63,034 bases of DNA, filler included, from Folioceros fuciformis (GCA_049999805.1; 8 parts of 8 records of this genome joined end to end with filler, not necessarily neighbours in it); one strand, 5' to 3'; positions 10,924 to 23,420 are shown, numbered from the whole stretch's first letter. Notes: generated by a model not told the origin, from the sequence alone. Translations and numbers: made by a program.

Positions 10924-13900
10924 TGTGGAGACCACATGGTAGATAGGCCTCTTAGAAAATGGGTGGTATACTTTTTTTTTGGAGTTTTGATAGAATTCCT
11001 CGAAGAGGTAATTAGGAAACTATGTTAGATAAGGCTAGATTAAATAGGATGATCAGGAGATAGTGGTGGTGCAGTTTAGAAAGTCAACAATCGTCTAGCT
11101 AACCCGTGGCCGTGGAAAATGTGAAGTAGGGGGTAGGGTGTGCCCGTGGAGAGGGACGCCAGTGTGTGTGGAGCCCTAAGTTGGGCGTGTGAGGGCAAGT
11201 TGTGGCCCCGGGAGCGTGCGAAAGGGGTTGGGCATAGACATGGGGGTGGGGTGCTTAGACTTGCCATGACCTTGCCCAGGTGCGCTGAGGGTTGAGAATC
11301 CTGAGAGCAAGCAGCTGGACAAGCCAGGATTAGGGCTAGGCTTGGCCGGATCCTGGTTGGCAAGTGGGTCGACCTGTTGCTATGGTGGATTCCGACAGGC
11401 CGGCTGTTCGGCTAGCCATGCTGTACGGCTGGCTGAAGCTAGAAGAGGGGGCGGTGTGAACCCCGTCGGATCTCTGAAGGCAAGGTCAGCGCCAGTGGCC
11501 GTGATCAAGGTTGTTGGCCTAGGTCATGGCGAGCGAGCGGCAGGTCGGGTAAGCGGCGGCGCTGTGTAGTTGGTCGAGGCCCGGCTGAGGACCCGGCGGG
11601 GTCTAGCAGGCAGGTGGCGGCGCGGATCCTGCCAGACGGCTGCAAGCAAGCAGCCCAGTACCGGTTGCAGACGGGTAGCTTGGTCTGGCTACAGGCCGCC
11701 ACCCACTGCAGGAAGGCAGCCTCGCAGCAACAGTAGGGACAGGGTGGTGTGTGGTTTTGGCAAGAGGGTAGATTCGACTAGGCAACCAGCGGGTTGGGGG
11801 AAGTCCTGGCCGGAGGGAGTGTCGGATCGGCAGGCTGGCTGCCTACCAGATCCGGAAGGCAAGAGGCCGGTTTGCGGCCTTTGGGGATGGAGGAGCCAGG
11901 CGGCAGCACTGGATCTGTGGGTGTACCAGGCTGGCAGGCAGGTTGGTCGACCAGATGGGCAGTCTGCCTGGGGGAGCCGGCCAGCCGGGGTGCAAGCGGC
12001 CTGGCTGGGTGCTCGGGGCTAGAGGATGGCGGCCAGTTGGAAGGGGTCCTGGCAGGGGAAAGCCTGGCCGAATCGGCGAGGTGGCCACCAGGAGGCTAGC
12101 ACGCTAGCCGGGTTGGCTGATTGGTTGCGGTTGGAGGTGGCCTAGCAGGGCCTTGGAGGACGGCCGGGCTAGCAGCAGCGCGGCTGCAGGTGGGCAGCCG
12201 GTGGGAGACCTGCTGGCTGGCAGGCAAACCTACCAGGCTAGTCGGATCCCGAAGCCAGGCAGCGGCCTGGCTGGCTGTCTTAGCCAGGCAGTCACCCGGC
12301 CTGCAGGCAGCCGGGTAGATCCAGATCCAGGCTGGTCGGGACTGGGGCTGGATCCGGAGGTTACCAGGCAGGCCGGCAGCACAGGCAAGCTAGGGGCGGC
12401 GCCGAATCCTGGCGGGCTGTGGCTGGTCCTGGAGCCAGGCAAGCGGCTGGCTGCTGAGGAGTAGGCAGGTAGCCGGGCTAGGCAGCAAGCATGCAGCCCC
12501 GCATCGGTGGAGGTAGGCCAGATGGGGGCAAGGCGCTCCGAGGGGCTGTGGCAAGTCTCCGGGGCAGTCTATGGCAGACCGGTGGCCAGCTGGTGGTCTA
12601 GCGGGCTTTTAAGGAGCCTAGTCAACAGCCCAGCGTTCTAGGCAGCTAGGCTGGGCAGGCTGGCTGGCTAGCCGGATCTGGAAGGCAGACAGCCAGACAG
12701 GCTGCTGGAGCATGGCCAGGCAGCCAGGCAAGGTTGCCAGATCCAAGTAGATGCTGGCCGGATGGCCAAACAAACCATCCCGGCCTAGGCAGTAGGAGGT
12801 CGGCGGAGCTAGGCCAAAGCCAGGAAGGCTGGCAGCTGGCCGGATTCGAACCAGCAGCGCAGGCAGGCCAAGTGGGTGTGGTCGGCCTGGCGGGACGCTG
12901 GAGGCGGGCTGTCAGCAGGGCGCTCTGGGCATGGCAGGCCGCATGACGGCGAGTAAGCCGGATCCGCAAGGGTGGCAGGCTGGGAGCCTGATATGGGCTA
13001 CGGCGGCTGGCCAGCGGGCTCAAGCGGCCCCCTAGCTGGATCAGATGGCATGCTGGCTGCGGCTGGTTGAGCTGGGGCCAAGCAGCCGCTGGGCAGCTGG
13101 CGGCCGGCTGGGGGAAGTTCAGGCGGGGGGGAATCCTAGCAGGTGGCTGGCCTAGCAGCAGTTGGTTGAGGAGCGGGCAGCCCAGCCCGGCCAGGCAGTC
13201 AGGCAAGGCTGCCAGATCCAGGAGGCGGCCAGAGTCCGGGTCGCAAGTGGCCGAATCCAGGCAAACAGGGGGTCGCGCATCCATGCTAGTGCAAGCGAAT
13301 TGAAACCAGACAGGCGACTGGCTGCAGGGGGCAAGATGTGGTGGAGGCAGGTAGGCTGGTGGAGGCCGGGTAGAGCAGGCCGGCTTGCGGGCAGCTTGGC
13401 TGGTCGACGAGTAGACCGGCTGCAGGGGAATTCAGCCAGATAGCCGGGCCGATCCGGTTGGCTGGCAAGCGAATCCAAGCCCGGCCGGATCGCTAAGGAT
13501 GGACGGGGCCGGGATGGCAGGATCCAAGCAACCATGGCAGGCTAGCCGGGATCGCGTTTGGCAGGTTGGTTGGCTAGAAGGCACTGAGAGGCTTGGATCG
13601 GGATCTAAGAAGGCGGCTGCTAAGCGGGCGGACTGGATCCAAGTGGTTGGCTAGCCTAAGCAGATGGCGTAGCCAGGCTGCAGGACGGCTAGGCAGCCAG
13701 GCAAGGCTGCCGGGTCCTGGGAGGCGGGGCTAGAAGTTGGGGATTCAGGGACAAGGTGGAGGGGAAGCAGCTCGAGTCTGGCTCCGGCTCGAGTCATGCT
13801 TCGAGCAGGGAGGCTACGGTGGTGTGGACAAAGGTCGGGGGCGCAGCCCGCCAGGTGAATGCGTGTAGACAAAGCTGAGGGACCTACAAACTGCCCCGTC

Positions 13901-15221
13901 CAAGCGAAAAGCCTAGTACAGGCGTGTTGCTAGCGGGTGGGAAGCCTAGTGATAGTTATGTTGTCAGAGATGGTGGATTGTCGCTTCGAGTGCCAAGCTT
14001 ACAAGGTGCCCACTCAGGGGCACTAGATGAGTAGCTCTGCTGGGTCATGGGCCTTGGCCAGCAGAATGGAGGGAAGGATCGGAAGAAGATGGAGATTCTG
14101 AAGGGTTGAGGGTGATCTGAGGGAAAGGGATGATCCGGGAAGAGAGTGTCGAGAGGAACTCGTAAATTTTGGTAGTTTGGAGAGGTTGATTAATTTTGAT
14201 AGGAGCAACCAGGGCTGCAAGTCGGGGGCAGGTTAGGTCAGAGTTAGCGTTAGGATTAGGTCGGAGTTAGGTTTAGGGTTTTGACGAGTGGAGGGTTCTG
14301 TCTGAGGCGCGCTGACCTGGTTAGGCAGTGACAGGGGTTCCTGGCCAAGGGGGTATAAGAGGCCAGGCCACTCATTGAGGGGAGAGGCTTTTTTTTGGTG
14401 AGAGCTCCCTTGACCTTGTGTGCAGGCTGCTGGGTTAGAGGTTTAACCCAGTGTGCAGATGTGCCTCGGCCTTAATTCCCCATGCCACTAGGGGAACGTG
14501 GCGGCTCCCAAAATCGCCGAGATCTGGGTGGCCAGATCCGCAGGGGCTGACCTTTCTTGCATGCTGGTTGGGTGGTTGGGTACGTTGACGTCCCTAAGGG
14601 GTTTCCAAGGCAACGGATTGTAGGGCTGTGAGCCAAGGAGGCTATCCAGCCTGGGTCTGCACATCCCTGCCTCAAGGACTGCAAGTGAGGGGCTGCTGTG
14701 TTTCAAAATCCAGGAGTGAGACGTGATGGTGAAGGATTGAAGAGTTGGAGTGCTGGAATAGAGGTTTGAAGTGCTGGAGAAGTGCTAGAGTAGAGACTTG
14801 AAGTGCTGGAGTATAGAGTTGTTGTGCTGAGGTGAGGAGCTTAGGTGCTGAAGTTCTCAATCAGCTGCTGAGGTCGCTGGCATTTAGGACTGAGAGTGGA
14901 GGTTGAGGCCAGGGCTGGAACCTCCTCTCAGCTACTGAGGCGGCTAATACCTGGAGCTAGGAGTGGGAGCTGAAGATGATGCTGAGTCCTCATTCAACTG
15001 GGGTTGTAGTTGGTGTTGACGACAGGGTTCTAATCTTTTTGCTGTAGTGTGGTTAGGTCTAGGAGCCGGCTGATTGATAAGATTAGATTAGGGTAGAGTG
15101 GGGGATATTGTAGGAAACCTTGACACTGGTTCACTCCCTTGGGAGCGAATCCTAGTACTACGACGATAATAAAGGGGAAGTGTGGCCCTTGGTGGTTCTT
15201 GGGTGCAAGTTCCACTCCACA
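10924..15221 (+). repeat. ~4.3 kb 3' LTR of the Athila-like element
   Basis: Starts TGTGGAG after the PPT and ends CTCCACA (7-bp terminal inverted repeat). The end is confirmed by the homologous copy at 721, which abuts a PBS. Confidence 0.8.
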
Positions 15222-15582
15222 CGCGATAACTTGTTGCAACAAAGTTAAGGTGAGCGCTTGCTCATGCACATAACCGCATTGCCACAAACTTGAACTTGCA
15301 TTATGAGACAAGAACATGAATATATTACAAAATCCAAGAGTGAACTTTGAAGTGCAAACATGTCAATCACGTGTATGTGCATCCGCAAGCACACGACATG
15401 ACACAACACAACACAGTGCAAGGCAGCATAAAATATGCGATGTACAAGCTGCACTACGTACTTATGCACCTATCATAGTATACCACAGTGTGCCACATAA
15501 GGTAGCATAAAATATGCAATGTACAAGTTGCCCTACGTACTTATGCACCTAACATGACATACGAAAGTGGCTAGTTACGAAC

Positions 15583-16125
15583 CTTGGATGCTGAGTAGGG
15601 TGCATTTTGTCTTGCTACTCTATTATTTTCATGTTTGGAGACTCGCTCTAAGGATATTTGTTCCTTAGCAGGATTTGCTTGTTTTTGTTCATTATAGTAT
15701 TGATGAGTGCCGCATCTTACTTGCATTTTATTAAGCTTGATCAAGTCGTCAAGACTTTGATCATTAATATTATTTTTATTAAGGTTGTTTCTTATTATAT
15801 AGTTTGCTTGCTCTCTATTGAGCTTTGCTTTTATATTAGATTTTCCTTGCTTTTTATTGAGCTTAATTAGTTCATCCAAACTTAAGGAGTTCATAGGCCC
15901 TTTTTCTTTTGGGCTGTGTAATTGTAGAGCGCATTCCTTTTCTTGTTTCTTTAGATTGATCAAGTGTCTCAAGTCATCCATACAAAGCATGTTTGCATGC
16001 CCTTTCGGGCCTTCTAACTTAGGGGCTTGCAATTTCATGAAATGGAATAGATTTGATTTATAGACTTCTCTCGTAATTGAATTATTGAAGGGATCTCCTT
16101 TTAAGTTTAAAAATTTGATGTTCAT
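15583..16125 (-). CDS. Putative first exon of a divergent ALY/REF (THOC4)-like mRNA export adaptor
   Basis: SLDELIKLNKKQ and SLDDLIKLNKMQ resemble the ALY N-terminal UAP56-binding motif (MSLDDIIKLNR). NRVARQNAPYSASK resembles the ALY APYS motif and is followed by a donor AAG|GTTCGT at 15582. Downstream exons (RRM) are not in the window. Confidence 0.55.
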
Positions 16126-16335
16126 AAAAGGTCTATTATAGATCTATAAAGATAAAGACATAAAACAATAAGATAAAGATCAATTCAAAGCATAGAACAA
16201 AATAAAAAGCACAAAACAAAAACAAACAATCAAGCACGAAATAGATTCACCATGAAGAACAAGAACAACATGAAGATGAAGATTAAGACTAAGACTAACA
16301 TTAGGATTGTAGGGTTATTAAAGCCCAATGTGCTT

Positions 16336-16435
16336 AGACTAATGTGATTAGTCTAATTAGACTAATCACATTAGTCTAATTAAACTAATGTGATTAATCT
16401 GACTAATCTAATTAATCTTAGACTAATGTGATTAG
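16336..16435. repeat. AT-rich palindromic short repeats (GACTAATGTGATTAGTC / CTAAT units)
   Basis: Several direct and inverted copies of ctaatgtgattag are visible. Confidence 0.7.
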
Positions 16436-17746
16436 TGTTGAAATAGCACCACAGGCTTAGAAGGACTCCACAGTTCCTTACTTATGGTGCACAGGATGCT
16501 ACATATATAGCCTTCAGGCGGGGCAACCCTCGATAAGGTAAGCCTTAGTCTCGAGGGTGCAATATCCTAGTATATCCTTAGCTTGATTTCTAACACTCCC
16601 CCTCAAGCTCAGACTATTTGTAACACTACAAGTAGTTCACGAAAGTGTAAGAACTTATCTCTACCTAGCGACTTAGTAAAGATATCTGCTACCTGGTCTT
16701 CAGTCTTCATGTGCCGAAGATCTATCTTCTCAGATAATACCGCTTCCCTGATGAAATGATAATGTACTTCTATGTGCTTCGAACGAGCATGAAACACAGG
16801 ATTAGTAGCCAACCTCATGCTACTCATGTTGTCATAGTAGATTGTAACCTTGTTATTCACTATATTTCCAAGACCATGTAGCAACTTCTGCAACCAAGCT
16901 GCTTCACAGGCTGCCATTGCAGCTCCTCGATACTCTGCTTCTGTGTTGGACAAAGCAACTGTCGATTGTTTCTTGCTTTGCCAGCTGATCATACTACTTC
17001 CCATACTGAATGCATATCCACTGGTTGATCTTCTGTCGTACACACAACCAGCCCAATCAACATCTGTATATCCTGTCAGTTCAAGATGCTTCCGATGCTC
17101 ATAGAGCAATCCAAACTTAGTAGTTCCTTTCACATATCTCATGATTCTTCTAACTGCATCCAAGTGCGGTTTCCTTGGGTTCTGCATGAATTGACTAATC
17201 TGTCCCACTGCATAACTTAAGTCAGGACGTGTGATAGTCAAGTAGATCAAACTTCCGACCATCTGTCGATACATAGTCACATTTTCCAGCTCAGCTCCTA
17301 CATCCATTTGCAGCTTGACGTTATGCTCCAATGGTGTATCCATCACTTTGCAATCTGCCATCCCATACTTCTGCAACATATCCTTAGCATATTGTTTTTG
17401 GAATAGCCAGATTCCTTGAGGTGTAGACACAACCTCAATTCCTAAGAAGTATCTGAGTTCACCAAGATCCTTCACCTTGAACTCGTTTTGCAGATTCGCC
17501 TTGATATCTGCAATACCATCTGCATCATCTCCTATGATGATCAGGTCGTCAACATAAATGACAAGACACACTTGTCCTACCTTGGTCTGTTTTACAAACA
17601 GACTGTGATCTGCGTCTCCAATCACAAACCCTCGCTCCTTCAAATAGCTTGTGATACGAGCATTCCATGCTCGAGGTGCCTGTTTGAGTCCATACAATGC
17701 CTTCTTCAGTTTGCAGACGTACGTTGGAAACTTAGGATGAACATAG
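16436..17746 (-). mobile_element. Ty1/copia fragment: RT-RNase H, PPT and ~160-bp 3' LTR
   Basis: ORF 16609-17697 ([20 protein letters not shown]); PPT GAGGGGGAG at 16596-16604; LTR 16436-16595 TGTTAG...TTCAACA. The RT frame (YVHPKFPTYVCKLKK) is cut at 17746 by another LTR. Confidence 0.9.
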
Positions 17747-18166
17747 TGTTGGAAATTAAACCCCGTTAGGGTTAGCGTTTCGTTTATGTCATAATTAAGC
17801 GAATAGCCACTTAGCGAATAGTTACGACGTTTCAGGAAAACACCTTAAAAACCCTTGTTGCAATTTCCTGAAAATCAATTAACCTGATATGGTATCAGAG
17901 CACATCTAATCCTACAATTTTTTTTTTTTATCACCTTCCGCTACAATAACAATGAAGACAAGGCACTTATACAATCTTTGGTCCTAGCTGCTCTCTTCAG
18001 GAGAGCATTTAGAGCAAAAGGGGACCAGACAATGTTCTTGTCTCGACCGCGGCGGTGAGGATGTGTCTCGTCCAAGTGAACCTTCAGGCGGTTGTTTCCT
18101 TTTGACATGACATCAAGAACGAACGGCAAAGCAAGGCGCCTGTCTGTGTTGTGCTTTTTTTGTCGC
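17747..18166 (+). mobile_element. 5' LTR (~143 bp) plus iMet PBS of a copia-type element nested in the preceding RT
   Basis: TGTTGG start exactly at the RT breakpoint; perfect TGGTATCAGAGC at 17890-17901; truncated by a gap. Confidence 0.75.
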
Positions 18167-18266
18167 NNNNNNNNNNNNNNNNNNNNNNNNNNNNNNNNNN
18201 NNNNNNNNNNTTAATTAATTAANNNNNNNNNNNNNNNNNNNNNNNNNNNNNNNNNNNNNNNNNNNN
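18167..18266. other. Artificial contig spacer N44-TTAATTAATTAA-N44 (also at 29944-30043, 36841-36940, 48527-48626, 52578-52677, 56906-57005, 59624-59723)
   Basis: Identical 100-nt construct with stops in all six frames, repeated seven times. Confidence 0.97.
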
Positions 18267-18269
18267 CTT

Positions 18270-18860
18270 TTGAACTGTGCATGCTTGGCTACGCTTTGCA
18301 CCATCCTTCATGCTTCCCACGGGACTGTGCCGAGCCCACTTCCTCCGTGAGTCCTGCTCTTCCTCCTCAACACCCCTGAGAACCTTGAGGCCTTCAACGT
18401 CTCATGGCTGTGGCGGAGGAAGAACCGGACTTACTCCGGGAAGGGTCCTGGTACAATCCCCGTCGAGTTTAGGGTATGTGACATGGATTTGGACTGAAAT
18501 GAGCTCCTTACTCTTGAGCTGTGCATGCTTGGCTGGCTTTGCTGGATCCACTTTCATGCTTGCATCGGGACTGTGCCCCGAGCCCACTTCCCCCGTGACT
18601 CCTGTTCCTGTTACTTGACACCCCTGAGAACCTTGAGGACAGGAACGTTCGTCTCCAATGCTGTCCGGGGGGCAGGAACAGGCCCCACTCCGGAGAGGAT
18701 TAGGGTTTTAGGCCGAACAGGCCCGTGCGCTGTTGGACATGGATTTGGAGTGCACTGAGCTTCCTACTCTTGTGCTTTGCATGCTTAGCTAGGCTTTGCA
18801 GCATCCATCGAGTCCATCCTTCTCACGGGACCGTGCCTCACCCCAGAACCTTGAGGCCAT
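18270..18860 (+). repeat. Diverged tandem duplication (~245-bp unit, two copies plus a partial third)
   Basis: Recurrent tgcatgcttggct...gggactgtgcc...gagaaccttgagg...acatggatttgga blocks starting near 18275, 18518 and 18775. Confidence 0.7.
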
Positions 18861-18932
18861 GCACTCTGGTGGCTAGTAGCGCTTAGGTAAAGGTGCTAGG
18901 TCTTGACATCAACCTACTTCGCCGTTTTGCAG

Positions 18933-19406
18933 ATCTATGTGTTCTTCCTCGGGACCAAGTTACCCGTCGACAAAGAGACAATTACTTCATGCTTCGCAAA
19001 GATGGACATGGAGCGGATCAGTGAGGGCATCCTCGTGCTACCTGAGATCTCTCTGGACGAGCAGGCGGTCCAAGAAATCGATGCCGACGCCAACGAGCGG
19101 GACATTCGGCTGTTCGAGGTATGTGCGGACCAGCTCGAGTTCCTTCGAAGCATGCTTTCTCCAAGCCCTACTGTCGTGACGCGCTGCAAGCAATTGCAGC
19201 CGCCAGCTTGTGACGCCATGATCACCTCAGGCAACCGCGCATGCAGAAGTTGTTGACTTTATGGTGTACACGTTCGATTGCAGGAGAGACAGCTCCTCCA
19301 CTTGCTGGACATGATGAACGAGCGAACGCCCTACCGCGCTTGGGTCAATGAAATCTGGCAGTATTACGGGACGGGGAACGCCAAGTCCTTCCTCAGACCC
19401 GGATAA
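18933..19406 (+). CDS. Two exons (18933-19118, 19284-19406) of a divergent RPB5-like (RNA polymerase subunit 5 N-terminal/jaw domain) gene
   Basis: TTGCAG|IYVFF...TI...M..E....ILV...L...A...I...LFE|GTATGT...TTGCAG|ERQLL aligns by eye with plant RPB5 IYVFF...RAILV...LEVFQ|EAELL. Both exons are phase 0 and splice in frame to a TAA at 19406. Confidence 0.55.
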
Positions 19407-20039
19407 GTGCTCCTCGCTGGAACTTGTTATCTTGCATCAAAAATCTATTTTCCTTGATGCGATGTTATTTTACTGTACATATTTATATAGGTATGTCAAA
19501 TTGAGGTCATGACCTGAAAAAATAACCTTAACTATTTAGCTGATCTGTTCAAATGTTTATGTATTATTATGTATACACATTGATGTATAATATGTATTTT
19601 ATTTTTTATGGTCTTAAAATATTATATGATCCCTTGGTCTCATCCCCCTTTGTGCGCTCCTTTTAAGAATCATCCTCCTTTCTCTTCTACATGCATGGGA
19701 TGCTAATGAAGGGAGCATTATGATAAGGTGCAAGGCTCATTATCCCTCATAGTAAGTCCATGCCTTCCATTTCCAAACCATTTGCCCTTGGTAGGCTGGT
19801 GGAGTCTTGGCCTAGTTCCCCAAGTGCGCAAGTCATGTCATTGGAAGTCAAGGTGTAGACGAGTAGGTATGGTATCTTCAACATACACCAACTTGCGATT
19901 ATACTGGCCACATCAATCTCACAGTTGTTGCAAAAATCTCCCAAAATCACTCCTTTGAGCCTAGTGGTCAGCTAAACCCGAATTACATTTATCAACCATT
20001 CACAACAACTAACATTCCCAATCACACATTTCCAAGTCC

Positions 20040-21799
20040 AACATCACACTGAGGCAATGGGAGAGCACCATTCCTCCATTCCTCATTCAAAAGGACCCCA
20101 ATACTCCCCTTAGCCACTACTAGCTCTCTACACCCAAAGCTCTTTCCTTAGACTGCCTACAACGGTTCCTAGACTGAACAACCAAGCTACTAGATTTACA
20201 GTGTATGACGCTCCCAACAAGACATCATAGGCATCTTTGCAATCGGCAAGGGAAAGCGCACTCCACATCTTGACCTTCAGCCTGGATGTCAACACAAACT
20301 TACGAATGTCTCCTCTTTTTATCACATTCAACAAAATCCCCACCCTTTCTTTAACACAATCCTCAAGCTCCTTGATTTAGGATCACTTGGCAACACAAGT
20401 TCTTCAAGCTCTAAACTAGCAACTTTTTCCTTGGGCCGTGTTTGCATCTATTAGCTAGAATTTCCAAGATGTCGTTCTCTAGAGTCTACCTTGAGGCCCA
20501 AGCCAACAGCCACACGGGTATTGCCACACACCCATGACAAAGCAACTCACACAACATCTGTTCACAAGGAAAAGAACTTGCAGGGGCATCCATGGAAGAA
20601 TATGAGCCCTCCGCCAAGCACTTTGACCATTGCAACTCTAGCCACAACTAGGCGCTGTGATGGCACACACGCTAAACAAATTTCCCACACTTTGCTATGC
20701 GTAAGGGCTCGCCATAAGAAGAGTGCACAATGTGGTGGTTCGATTCTTTGTGTAGCTACTTTGTGTAGGATTGCTCCACACATGAGCCCTACCCTACACA
20801 TAAATGTAGATGGTGAACTACCTTCTTTTTCACACTAGTCGCCATTGAGTTAAATACACATGCCTATCCAAATACCATAAGTTGAGACTTACCAATAATC
20901 TAATAGGGATCATAATTACGTTGCATACCACTTGAGTATATCAAGATCGTTGGCGTCATCCAAGAGATTTTTGCTCTTGTCTTTTCCTTCATCTCAAAGA
21001 GAGTGGTCATGACTGTTCCTAAGGGGAGGTAGGATGAGCTATCTCAGAAGCCATTAAGCCCTCCTCCATTAATTGAAGCTACTTTCTCCTAAGTTTGGGG
21101 GTTTCCATTGAACCTTCCCTTGTCTTTGTTCCATGGGGTGCCCTTTCACCATCACCTAATATGGGTGAGCAGATACGATACCCCTACTAGACACCCGCTC
21201 ACATGTATCATGGCCACATCAATCCGACAATCATTGTTGGCTTCCTCGAAAACGCTCTCTTCAAGCCCAGTGGTCAACTTCCTCCAACTACGTCTATCGT
21301 TCACCAACGATAGTCAACACTACCAATCACATACCTACCAATCCTATAACATGTGCAGACAGTGGCAAGGCACCATTCCCTCATTTAGAAGGGGCACCAT
21401 TCCCTCATTTAGAAGGAACCCAATACTCCCCCTACTGATTTCTACCTCCCTACACTCAATACCGCTTTCCTCACAAGGCTACCTCCGACGCCTTCCTCAA
21501 CCCAACAATCTAGCTACTCGTGTTCCTTCGTCCAACAACCAACAAGTTTTGTCCTTGGGCCTGTTGCGGCGTACTTGCACCTATGAGCGAGAACTTCTAG
21601 GAGTCTTTCCCTAGAGTCTACCCTCAACCCAACAGACATGCAAGTATCGCCACACACCTACGGCAAAGTAACGCACACAACAACCATTCATAACGGAAGC
21701 AACTTGCAGGGGTGCCCATTGAAGAATATGAGTCCTCCACTAAGCACTTCAACCACTACAACTCTAGCCACAACCAGGCGTTGTGATGGCACGTAGCCG
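20040..21799. repeat. Decayed local duplication (~20040-20670 vs ~21360-21799), probably TE-derived
   Basis: Shared blocks such as cccaatactcccc, ccttgggcc, ctagagtctacc, aacttgcagggg and caactctagccacaac. Confidence 0.6.
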
Positions 21800-21989
21800 N
21801 NNNNNNNNNCGACACATGCATGGATTCTTAGTTACCCTAGAAGAGGTGTCCCACTAGGAGCACTAGTGCGTTCAAGAGGCCAAAGCCAGAGGGCCAGGAT
21901 CAACAAGCCCACAGCGCAAATCTTTCTTTTCCTTCTCAGGGAGTGGCTTCACTGCCACATTCGTGACAGGTACGTGGCCTCCTCCTGGC

Positions 21990-22350
21990 TTCAGACGGGC
22001 GTTCCTGAATCCTGCCTTTGAAGCGTGATATGCTCTAACCCTTTCCCCACCAGAAATGTGCGTACTTGCAGAGAACGTCACATGGTTAAACGAGGGAGAC
22101 CACCCTGCTCCAATATTCAGCTATATACTCAACAGCGTGCATCCTATCCGAGCCCTTGCTGTGTATGCCCAGCGATCGGAGGGGTACAAGTCACCACATC
22201 CTTTGTGGCCAAGCTTTCAAAAACTTGTCGCGCATCGTTCAAGTGATCACGACTTTTTGCATACATATCCGTAAGTTCGGTACCCAACATTACGTCATCC
22301 AGCAGTTCTCTATCCACAATCCGTGAGAGCAGCTTCCTGCCCTTCTGCAA
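21990..22350 (-). pseudogene. PLS-class pentatricopeptide repeat (PPR) gene fragment
   Basis: LGTELTDMYAKS..L.DARQVFESLATKDVVT...IAGHTQQGLG matches the PLS PPR consensus (LVDMYAKCG...A..VF......DVV.W..MI.GY.Q.G); frameshifted. Confidence 0.75.
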
Positions 22351-23420
22351 CGTTATCGCGTGTCGCAGTCCTGTTCATGTGTGTGATTGTGGTTGACAAC
22401 TTTTGTTACCAGGGCATGGCAAGTGGAAATGGGGAAGCTTACAGGCCTCAGCTGCTTGCAGTAGTGTAGGGTACAAAGCTTACAGGTAAATCTGGCTCCT
22501 TCAGATTGAGCTGGATCAACGCAAGGCCGTCGCCTCCTGATGATGTTTATGGTGAAGCATACTTGTAACAGCTGATCGCGATGGTCCCGTAGCTGATTCA
22601 GATGATGGGCATCAAACCTTAGCACAACGCAGTTCGTTCCTGTAACATGTACGACTCCTCTGCAATGTGCATAGCAATCTAGCTGCACAGGCTCCAGCTG
22701 TGCATAACGAAACGGGCCTTGCTTCCAATTCAACGAAAGGGGCAAGCTCGCCTCGTGGACGGTGGGGTGTACTCTCGTTGCTTGATGCCCTCACACGGCA
22801 AAGGAACTGTCTCCGTTGGAGTCAGAGGTGAATGCTGGTGGTCCATGACAGGTACTTGTCTTTCTCGCTCTCTCAGGGCATCTCATTTTCCCGTTGGCCA
22901 CCGGCCTCTCGCCGTATCGGGAGGAAGCCATGAAGGAACCTGTTGATACCTGTGACCCAATGCCAGCCTTGGATTGATGATGTCATCGACGGACGGGAAG
23001 TGGTACAGGCTCCGTTAATTGGCTGATAAAAGACAACGGCGGCGCCCACATTTCAGGGTCCCCAGAGTTGGGTCCCCGTCCGTCAGGGGCTTTCGCACAG
23101 TTTCTTGCCAGCCGTTGTGGGACCGCGACCGCAGAGGAGCGAGTCGCGTGGGGCCGTGGGCCCGGGGGCCCGGCGTCCATCTGTTCCGGCCCGGACGCCT
23201 CCCGAGCGGAGGGCCGGCCTCTACCCTCCCCTTCCGCCTCGGGTTTTCACCTTGGTTCCAGCTTCCTTCGTCTCTCGCACCGGGCGAGCCATGGCGGATG
23301 AGGTGAGGTTGTGGGTGGAGGCCAGAGAGGCGGTGGAGCATGCGGATCAGGAGAGGAAGTGGAAGAGGAAGGTGGGCGAAGAGGATGAAGAGGTAGAGGC
23401 GCACAGCCCCTTCCTCGTTA

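Noticed and set aside
11076-13872. Numerous overlapping ORFs in the GC-rich region
   Set aside because: They occur in all frames with compositionally biased A/G/R/W/P content, as expected in GC-rich LTR sequence, and show no recognisable domains.
721-15221. Giant element with ~950-bp terminal inverted repeats (DIRS/Polinton/foldback-like)
   Set aside because: The left copy has a PBS outside it and the right copy follows a PPT. They are LTRs of two separate Athila-like elements in opposite orientation. There is no TSD and no tyrosine recombinase or polB.
18167-18266. Recurrent TTAATTAATTAA motif as a biological repeat
   Set aside because: It is always centred in exactly 44+44 Ns, so it is an assembly spacer. 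Adjacency and orientation across these gaps are not trustworthy.
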